Source: Sumerlaeia bacterium (GTDB lineage Bacteria > Sumerlaeota > Sumerlaeia > SLMS01 > JAHLLQ01). Taken from it: a stretch of 64,000 nucleotides of DNA. Of this stretch, positions 1 to 6,577 are shown one piece after another. Position numbers and translations under genes: made by a program. The stretch lies in NCBI GenBank assembly GCA_040219255.1, contig JAVJSW010000037.1:64001-128000 (forward strand), read 5' to 3'. The notes beneath the pieces are model-generated. The model searched no databases. It was not told where the DNA came from and worked only from the letters and a program-made list of their open reading frames with translations. Position 1 is the first letter of the stretch, and every line of letters starts with the position of its first letter.

Positions 1-1
1 T

Positions 2-208
2 CCCGTGGACTTCGGGCCCGAATCCGAGCAGACTGTGACGCTGAGAATTCCAGCCGAACGCCTGCAACCGGGGATCAACCCGCTGGTCCTGGAATTCGAG
101 AACAGTTACAGCGTCCAACTCCTCGATCCCGGTTCGAAGGACGATCGCCAGTTAGTGATGGCGGTCTTCGGCGTCCAGGTTTTCGGCGCGGGATTCCGGG
201 AAGAGTAG
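2..208 (+). CDS. 3' end of a hypothetical protein running in from before the window
   Basis: Open frame from the window edge to TAG at 206-208; protein-like beta-rich sequence (LVLEFENSYS...DDRQLVMAVFGV). Confidence 0.6.
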   Translation, partial: PVDFGPESEQTVTLRIPAERLQPGINPLVLEFENSYSVQLLDPGSKDDRQLVMAVFGVQVFGAGFREE

Positions 209-304
209 AGCTTTCGGAGATCGGGCTTCCTCGCGCCGCGGGAAATCGTAGGATCAGCGGGGCGGTTCGGACGGAAGGGCCGGCCGAGGCGAATTCGCGC
301 AAGG

Positions 305-332
305 AAAAGCCCGGACCGCGAGGGTCCGGGCT
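305..332 (-). terminator. Rho-independent terminator downstream of the TPR gene
   Basis: Stem AGCCCGGACC/GGTCCGGGCT followed by TTTT on the minus strand, between convergent genes. Confidence 0.7.
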
Positions 333-363
333 CAAGTCTTCTGAGTCTGTTGGATTGGGCTAC

Positions 364-1005
364 TTACGAACCGACGCGGGCAAGGGCGTCATCGACTTTG
401 GGGCCGATGTCGAAAGCGTCCTTGGACGCCTGGTAGTCCATGCGTGCCATGTCCATGTCGCCCATGGCTTCGTAGACGCGGCCGCGCTCGTAGTAGCTGT
501 GAGCGAGGGCTTCATCGTCGGGGGCGAGTTCGATGGCTTCGTTGAACTGGCCGGCGGCTTGCTCATACTCGCCCTGGACGCCGTAGACGACGCCGCGGTT
601 GTGATAGGGCTCGTAGTAATTGGGCTCGATTTCGGTGGCCTCGCCGAAATCGGCGATGGCGTTTTCGTTGTTGCCGACGCGGAATTCCGCCAGGCCACGG
701 TTGTTGTAGGCGTAGGCGTAATCGGCATCGATTTCGATGGCTTCATCGTAGGCCTGGATGGCGCCGATGTAGTCGCCCTGCTCGTGAAGGGCGATGCCCT
801 TGTTGTTCAGGGCCAACTTGTTGTCCGGGTTGGCATCGAGGATCTGATTGAAGTTATCGGTCGCGGTGGCGAAGTCGTTGTCGCGGATGGCGGCGACGCC
901 GCGCTCGTTCTGAACGCTGAGGCCAGAGACGCAGCCCATGGAGAGGAGCAGAGCGCTAGCCGTGGTGACAACCGCGAGGGGGCGGAAAAGAGAGTTCATC
1001 TTCAT
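364..1005 (-). CDS. TPR-repeat lipoprotein
   Basis: Lipobox-like LLSMGC followed by several TPR motifs (ALNNKG, AYNNRG, YHNRG, YYERG). Confidence 0.85.
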   Translation of the reverse strand: MKMNSLFRPLAVVTTASALLLSMGCVSGLSVQNERGVAAIRDNDFATATDNFNQILDANPDNKLALNNKGIALHEQGDYIGAIQAYDEAIEIDADYAYAYNNRGLAEFRVGNNENAIADFGEATEIEPNYYEPYHNRGVVYGVQGEYEQAAGQFNEAIELAPDDEALAHSYYERGRVYEAMGDMDMARMDYQASKDAFDIGPKVDDALARVGS

Positions 1006-1059
1006 TGGTCGTCGTCTTTCGTGAGAGGCGAGTTCGTCGAGAGATTGGCGGCTAGAGGG

Positions 1060-1911
1060 TTATTCGACCGCTTCGATGACAGGAGGGGTGTCATTGTTGC
1101 CTTCGATCACGCTGATTTCTTCGCGATCCTGGTCGTCGTCCTCGTCGTCATCGCGGATACGCTCACGGTAGCCTTCGTCGTAGATCAGGTAGCCACCGGC
1201 GCCGAGTGCGGCGGCGCCGACAACGGCGCCCGCGGCGATCAGACCTGTGTTCGCACCGCCACCGGCCCACCAGGCACCGGCGATCTTGCGGTCGTCGGGG
1301 GTGAGTTGACCGGTCGACTGCTCGTTACCGGGAAGGCGGCCTTGGCCGGCGTCTTTCGGGACGACCTTATAGCCTTCGGCCATGTTGGCGTCCTTGACGA
1401 CGATCATCCCGGCGCCGGGGGTCACGACGGCGAGTTGGTTGCCGGTCGTGGTGTTCTTGATAGCCATGGCGCCTTGCAGCACTTCCACCATCAGGTTGCC
1501 CAGGGGGTCGCTGGTGATGCCGGCGATCTGCGCTTTGTCGTTTTCCAAGGCGGTGACGACGAGGTCGTTGAAGGCGATTTTGCCCTTCAGGCCCTCTTCG
1601 GAAGCCACGGCGACGCTGCCTTCCTTGATCGCCACGGTGGACGCATCGGGGAAGGTGACGTTGGAATTCATGCCGACGAGAACGGCGTCGCCGTTGGCAA
1701 GGGAGACGGAGACGAGGGATTCGGCGGACTTGATAAAGTCGCCGGTTTCCACTTCATTGAGGGTGGAGACGCGGGCGGGAAGGGTCTTCTCTCCGCGCAG
1801 GATATTGTACGAACCCTCGGAGCGAGCCAAACCGGCCCGCTCGCCCGCGAAGGCGGGGGCAAGCAGCAGTGTTGCCAGGGAAACGCTGAGGAAAGCTTTG
1901 GCGTTACTCAT
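1060..1911 (-). CDS. Secreted FecR-like beta-domain protein with C-terminal TM helix and acidic tail
   Basis: ATG at 1911 with AAGGA upstream; signal peptide; GDFIKS...VSLANGDAVLVGMNS resembles FecR; hydrophobic GLIAAGAVVGAAALGAGGYLIY then a D/E-rich tail. Confidence 0.6.
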   Translation of the reverse strand: MSNAKAFLSVSLATLLLAPAFAGERAGLARSEGSYNILRGEKTLPARVSTLNEVETGDFIKSAESLVSVSLANGDAVLVGMNSNVTFPDASTVAIKEGSVAVASEEGLKGKIAFNDLVVTALENDKAQIAGITSDPLGNLMVEVLQGAMAIKNTTTGNQLAVVTPGAGMIVVKDANMAEGYKVVPKDAGQGRLPGNEQSTGQLTPDDRKIAGAWWAGGGANTGLIAAGAVVGAAALGAGGYLIYDEGYRERIRDDDEDDDQDREEISVIEGNNDTPPVIEAVE

Positions 1912-2077
1912 GTTAGGTATTCCTTCTTGTTGAAAGGGTGAGGCCGATTTGGCATCGTCCAATCCCGGAGTAGTCAATTTAGTCCATATGCTGGCGCAAC
2001 AGTGGGGAGTTAGGGGGGTCTGACGCAAGGTTTAATTCTGTCATGATTCCTGCGCAAACGCCTAGAGCGGTCTGAAT

Positions 2078-3466
2078 TTACCCCAGTTTCCCGTTTAGCT
2101 TAAGCATGACGTGTTCCCGATACAACTCGCGGCGGAAATCGCAGAACCCGTCGTTTTTCGTCAAAGAGCCTGTTTTCAGGTACATAGACGCCTGACAACC
2201 CCCTTGGCAGAAATTGCGCCAGGCGCAGCTTCGGCACTCTTCGACGACGTATCGGCGCTGAAGCATTTGCTCGCGCAGCCGGCGGTTCTTCTCGCCGTGG
2301 TGTATCTCGTCCAGCGAGTTGTCGAAAATGTTCCCCGTCGTGAATTCCGGGCCCCGCAGCACCGGGCAGTTCCAGGCCTGGCCTTGCGAATCGACGAGGG
2401 TGGTTTCTCCCAGCGGACACCAGTGGCCGCCGTTGGGGTCGGCGTCGGGGACAAATCCGGGAAAGCCGGCCCGCACGGTGAGCTTGCGCTTCTGGCGGGG
2501 GAATTCCAGGAGGAGCCAGCGGATGACCGAGCGCAACTCCTCAGGGTCCGGTCCGATGACCTCCCAGTTGGCTTCCGCCGCCTTCATTTTGTTGAGGTTG
2601 ACGAAGCGAAGCAGACGAACGCCGGCGTCCTCGGCGCGGTCGATCATGGCTTTCACCTGGTCGAGGAGGCAGCGGGTCAAGGTCGTGGAAATGATGACAT
2701 CGGGCGCGCCGAGGGCGCCGAGCCGCTCGATCGCCGCCCAGGTTTTGGCGAAGCTGCCCTGGCCGCGGACGAAGTCGTGGATCTCGGCACTTGGACCGTC
2801 GAGGCTGACCTGGATTCGCACCGGCAGCTTGGCCAGCCGCTCCATCTGCTCGTCCTTGATCAGCATGGCGTTGGTCGTTACGGTGACGAAGCGGGTGCGT
2901 TGCAGGGCTTTTTCGATGATGTCGAGGATGTCTTTGCGCAGGAAGGGTTCGCCGCCGGTGATGTTGACGACGCATTCGCCGCGCAGGTCCATGTATTCGT
3001 CGAGGAGGCGAAAGACGTCGGTGGTTGAGAGCTTGGTTTTCGGCATGTTGCCCATGACGACGTAGCAGTGCTTGCATTGCAGGTTGCACTGATCGGTGAC
3101 ATAGATGCTGAAGTCCGGCATTTTGGGGGGCTTGGACTTGGCGGCGTCTTTGGGCAGGGGGGCGTTTTCGAGGAGGTTGGCGGCGTAGAGTTGGCGGAGG
3201 AAGCCCTTGAGGTCCTGGTGGATCTGCTGGGCGGTGGCGCCGGTGTATCGGCTGGCGAGTTCCTCGCAGAGGGCGCCGGCGGAGCGCGAGCCGTCGAGCG
3301 CCTGAGCCAGGCGCAATCCGGCTTCGTTGGTGACGGCCCAGCGGGCCTGCTCGGGATGGAGGAGGATGAGGGACTCGCCGGCACGGTCGACGATGAGATC
3401 GGGATAGACGCGGGGAGCCCAGTCGGGGCTATCCAACAGATTCGTTCCTGTTTCCAAAACGCTCAT
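2078..3466 (-). CDS. Radical SAM/SPASM peptide maturase with N-terminal PqqD-like RRE
   Basis: CNLQCKHC motif, TGGEP, SLDG; SPASM cysteines CPLG...WNC and CRSCAWRNFCQGGC...FC; N-terminal ~100 aa RRE-like (NEAGLRLAQALDGSRS...FLRQLYAANLL). Confidence 0.92.
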   Translation of the reverse strand: MSVLETGTNLLDSPDWAPRVYPDLIVDRAGESLILLHPEQARWAVTNEAGLRLAQALDGSRSAGALCEELASRYTGATAQQIHQDLKGFLRQLYAANLLENAPLPKDAAKSKPPKMPDFSIYVTDQCNLQCKHCYVVMGNMPKTKLSTTDVFRLLDEYMDLRGECVVNITGGEPFLRKDILDIIEKALQRTRFVTVTTNAMLIKDEQMERLAKLPVRIQVSLDGPSAEIHDFVRGQGSFAKTWAAIERLGALGAPDVIISTTLTRCLLDQVKAMIDRAEDAGVRLLRFVNLNKMKAAEANWEVIGPDPEELRSVIRWLLLEFPRQKRKLTVRAGFPGFVPDADPNGGHWCPLGETTLVDSQGQAWNCPVLRGPEFTTGNIFDNSLDEIHHGEKNRRLREQMLQRRYVVEECRSCAWRNFCQGGCQASMYLKTGSLTKNDGFCDFRRELYREHVMLKLNGKLG

Positions 3467-3503
3467 GGGTGCTGCCTGCTCTTTCGAAGGAACGCCTCAG
3501 GGG

Positions 3504-4805
3504 TCATCGGCGGCGGGGTTTGACGGCGGCTGCGGCGAAGGGTTTGGGCTGGGCCGGCAGGGAATTTCTTAGGCGAACGAGATTCCAATACCGCAGTGGA
3601 TTTCGCGTCATCAGGGCGGAGAGGCCAACGCGCAGTTTCATCAGTTGCCGCCGGACCGGAGCCCCCACCAGCACGGCACCGATCAGCGGATCGGTCTGGG
3701 CGCCGCTGTAGCCGGGAAGGCGGGGGGGGTGGCTGATTTCGCGGCGCCCGAATGCCGTACCGACCCACGTGCAACCGTAGTGCCAGAGGGAGCGGGGCAG
3801 GGCGAGCAGACTTGTCATATAATCGAAGGCGAGCAGTGACGCGCGGTCCGCCGCCAGTTCGCCGTAGAGGCGCAGCAGACCGGCACAGGAGGTTTCTTCG
3901 CCGGTGCTCCACTGGGGCGCCTGTTCGGGCAGCGGAGCCGATGGGTGGCAATGGGCGTTCAGGAAGCGGAAGAAGGCCGCCAGAGAGACGGCGGCCTGAT
4001 GGCGGGCGGCCAATTCCATGGCGCGCTCGGCCAATCGCGAGACGTCGCCGGGGGTGGCGGCGGGGCCGAGCAGCGGCGACGGCAGGGCGACGAAGAGCGC
4101 GGCGTCGCAGACGTCGCGCCAAATGCGGGCGCCGCCGTGTTGCTGGGCATGAATCGCCAGCATCAGAAGATGATGGGCCGGGTCGGGCTGAAGCACCTGC
4201 CAGTCCGCCGGATAGGACGGATGGGGCCGGGTGGCGGCGCAGATTTCTTCGCTGAAGGCGTTGGAGCCTTCGAGGAGATCGAGCGAAATGCCGTTTCGGC
4301 TGGCCCAGGAGTTCGCGGTGTAAAGCCAGCCGAGGGAGGCGAGGAGGTCCTGGACCCGTTCGGATTGCTCGGGCCGGATGATAAAATCGAAGTCGCTCAT
4401 GAAGCGCAGCGCGGGCGAAGGGAAGTAGGGCGAGAGGGCGGCTCCCTTGACCAGAATGACGGGCCCCACGCCGTCTTTGTGGAATTCCTCGAGCAACTGC
4501 TGGAGAACGCGCTGGCGCTCGTAATACTGCGCGGCGGCCTGATAAAAGGAGAGGGGTTCTTTAAGTCCGCCGCCTTCCTGGACCATAACCTGTTCGGGTT
4601 CAAAGCCGAGATCGATGGCGTGATGGCGCAGGAGGGGCTCGAGGTGGTAGAGTGCGGGCAGGCGGGGGAGGGGTTCCCAGGTGGGCGAACGGACCATGGC
4701 CTGGGCCGATTCGGCCTGGGCGGGCGTAAGGTCGGGACGGGCCGTGAGCCCCACGAAGCGCATGAGGCGGTCGCGGGACGGTGCATCGAGATGTCCCAAA
4801 CGCAT
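3504..4805 (-). CDS. Nucleotidyltransferase family protein (NTP_transf_5-like)
   Basis: ILVKGAAL..YFPSPALRFMSDFDFII matches the LKG..L...Y.....R...D.D signature; start set at ATG 4805 to avoid overlap with the upstream gene. Confidence 0.8.
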   Translation of the reverse strand: MRLGHLDAPSRDRLMRFVGLTARPDLTPAQAESAQAMVRSPTWEPLPRLPALYHLEPLLRHHAIDLGFEPEQVMVQEGGGLKEPLSFYQAAAQYYERQRVLQQLLEEFHKDGVGPVILVKGAALSPYFPSPALRFMSDFDFIIRPEQSERVQDLLASLGWLYTANSWASRNGISLDLLEGSNAFSEEICAATRPHPSYPADWQVLQPDPAHHLLMLAIHAQQHGGARIWRDVCDAALFVALPSPLLGPAATPGDVSRLAERAMELAARHQAAVSLAAFFRFLNAHCHPSAPLPEQAPQWSTGEETSCAGLLRLYGELAADRASLLAFDYMTSLLALPRSLWHYGCTWVGTAFGRREISHPPRLPGYSGAQTDPLIGAVLVGAPVRRQLMKLRVGLSALMTRNPLRYWNLVRLRNSLPAQPKPFAAAAVKPRRR

Positions 4806-4822
4806 GGAAAGTTCAGACCTCT

Positions 4823-5920
4823 TCAGAGTGTCGCGACCGGTCCGGCGCCGAGGACGGCGTCTTCCAGAACACGGGCCGATCGGTGGGGCGTACCCCCCGG
4901 GGTAAACCGCCAGAAGGAGCATTCCCGCAAACTCGCTGCCAGGTCTATGAAAACCCGACCCAAGGGGAGGGAAGGGGCGCTTTGGCTGGGGCGGCGGATC
5001 ACGCTGGCGAGGCTGGTCAAGCCTTGCGAGGGCTTAAGCGTTTCCAGGGACGGGTTCGCTGGTCTCTCTGGCATGAGGTCGGTGCTCGAGTCGCCGGCGT
5101 GCTGAAAGAGGATCATGGCGCCCTCCTGCCGCGCCAGGCGGTCGATTTCGCCCAGAAGAGCCAGTGAGGGTTTGGCCGGCAGTTCCAGGTAGCCGAAGCC
5201 GAAGCGTTCGCCGGCGCGGCGGATTTCGACGCCGGGGAAGAGGCTGGGCTGGAATGGTCCGGCAAAGGGGGTGCTGAACCAGATGGTGAAAGGCTGCTCC
5301 TCGCCAGCGGCGTTTATGGGGGTCTGGCCAGCGCCCATCCGGTGGGAGAGCAGGACGATGCTTGCTCCCTGGAGGGACGCGGGCTCGGGCCAGACGCATT
5401 CCCAGCTTTGCCAGCCGGCTTTCGCGTCGGCCTGGGAGGGGTCGCGGTCGGGGCGTTTGAGGGAGCCGCTGCGGGGGAAGGGGTGGATGAGGCCCTCGCG
5501 CAGCGGGATGGCCAGTGTGTCTTCCGCGAGCAGAACCCAGCCAGCGCCGGAGTCGATGAGGCACCGGGTCAGGGTGGTCTTGCCGGCACCGCTGTCGCCG
5601 GTCAGGAGAAGGACGCGGCCGGTGGGTTCGTGGATGAGAGCGTTGCCATGGAGCAGGCACAAGCCGGGGCGGAGTTCGGCGAGGACCTGATGAAGGAGGA
5701 TAAGGGAGGCGGCGACGCGGAAGGAGGATTTTCCGACGGTGAGGTGGAAGCGTTTACCTATGGCTGGATAGGAAATTTCGCACCGATTTCCACGCCAGTC
5801 GAGGAGGGCTTCGGGTTGGGGGAAGGGGTTGGGTGTGGGGAAGAGGTGGTAGACGCCTGCTAAAACAGAAAGAACGTCCTTGTCGCCGGTGAGGACGACA
5901 GGGACGCCAGCTGCAAGCAA
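4823..5920 (-). CDS. HPr kinase-like P-loop kinase (RiPP-associated type)
   Basis: LLHGNAL...LLLTGDSGAGKTTLT (His plus Walker A) and LLAEDTLAI acidic pair; TTG start uncertain. Confidence 0.78.
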   Translation of the reverse strand: MLAAGVPVVLTGDKDVLSVLAGVYHLFPTPNPFPQPEALLDWRGNRCEISYPAIGKRFHLTVGKSSFRVAASLILLHQVLAELRPGLCLLHGNALIHEPTGRVLLLTGDSGAGKTTLTRCLIDSGAGWVLLAEDTLAIPLREGLIHPFPRSGSLKRPDRDPSQADAKAGWQSWECVWPEPASLQGASIVLLSHRMGAGQTPINAAGEEQPFTIWFSTPFAGPFQPSLFPGVEIRRAGERFGFGYLELPAKPSLALLGEIDRLARQEGAMILFQHAGDSSTDLMPERPANPSLETLKPSQGLTSLASVIRRPSQSAPSLPLGRVFIDLAASLRECSFWRFTPGGTPHRSARVLEDAVLGAGPVATL

Positions 5921-5955
5921 ATGAAAGTCTTCTGAGGCTGACTCGGGCGAACCGA

Positions 5956-6153
5956 TTAGTAGAAGACCTCCGCTTCGGCGTCGCGGCCGAGGGTGCCGTC
6001 GCCCTCGTCGGGGGTGCCGGGACCGCGGCGCAGGGGGAAGCCACCGGTGCAGGCGTTTACTTCCATCGAGACATCTTCCATGCCTTCCATGGAGTGGGTC
6101 AAGATTTTGGGAGCTTCGTATTGCTCATTCGTATGGTTGGTCTTGTTTTCCAT
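5956..6153 (-). CDS. Putative RiPP precursor peptide (65 aa)
   Basis: GGAG RBS upstream; YEAPKI matches the YxxPxL/I RRE-binding leader motif; lies between the RRE gene and the kinase gene. Confidence 0.8.
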   Translation of the reverse strand: MENKTNHTNEQYEAPKILTHSMEGMEDVSMEVNACTGGFPLRRGPGTPDEGDGTLGRDAEAEVFY

Positions 6154-6511
6154 TGTTGTCTCCGTAGTTAGCGTATGGTGAGGCGTCGGGAATCAGCTTC
6201 TCGTTTTGCAGGTCTCGTAATGTGTCGCGCACATCCTGGGTGATTTTCTCGCGGCTCACGTCCGGGTAGGACTCCATCAGTGAGGTCACGATCCCATTTA
6301 TGTCAACGCCTGAAGTGTGACACTGCCAGATAACGAATGCAACCCGGTTAAGCATATGGACGGTCCGGGTGCGCGCGTCATAGACGGCCACGGTGTTTCC
6401 TAAGCGTTGATAGTGCCAACGGCTCTGTTTTCCTGGCAACTCTCCTTGATGGGTGGGGTCTTGTTGAGTGGGGCCTTGATGGGTGGGGTTGAATTCCTGA
6501 GCGCTGGCCAT
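6125..6511 (-). CDS. Stand-alone PqqD-family RiPP recognition element (RRE)
   Basis: VAVYDARTRTVHMLNRVAFVIWQC...IVTSLMESYPDVSREKITQDVRDTLRDLQNEKLI is a typical PqqD pattern. Confidence 0.88.
   Translation of the reverse strand: MASAQEFNPTHQGPTQQDPTHQGELPGKQSRWHYQRLGNTVAVYDARTRTVHMLNRVAFVIWQCHTSGVDINGIVTSLMESYPDVSREKITQDVRDTLRDLQNEKLIPDASPYANYGDNNGKQDQPYE
6445..6489. repeat. Three tandem 15-nt units in the 5' part of the RRE gene
   Basis: cttgatgggtggggt / cttgttgagtggggc / cttgatgggtggggt, encoding PTHQG-PTQQD-PTHQG. Confidence 0.8.
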
Positions 6512-6577
6512 TGAAGCGAGGTCCCGGAAATCCAGGTCGATTTCTTTTCCCAGCTAACTGGGAAAAGCTGTGGAACA

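Noticed and set aside
2078-6511. Lasso peptide cluster or PQQ biosynthesis
   Set aside because: No asparagine-synthetase-like cyclase or B2 protease, no pqqB/pqqC, and the precursor lacks the PqqA ExxxY context.
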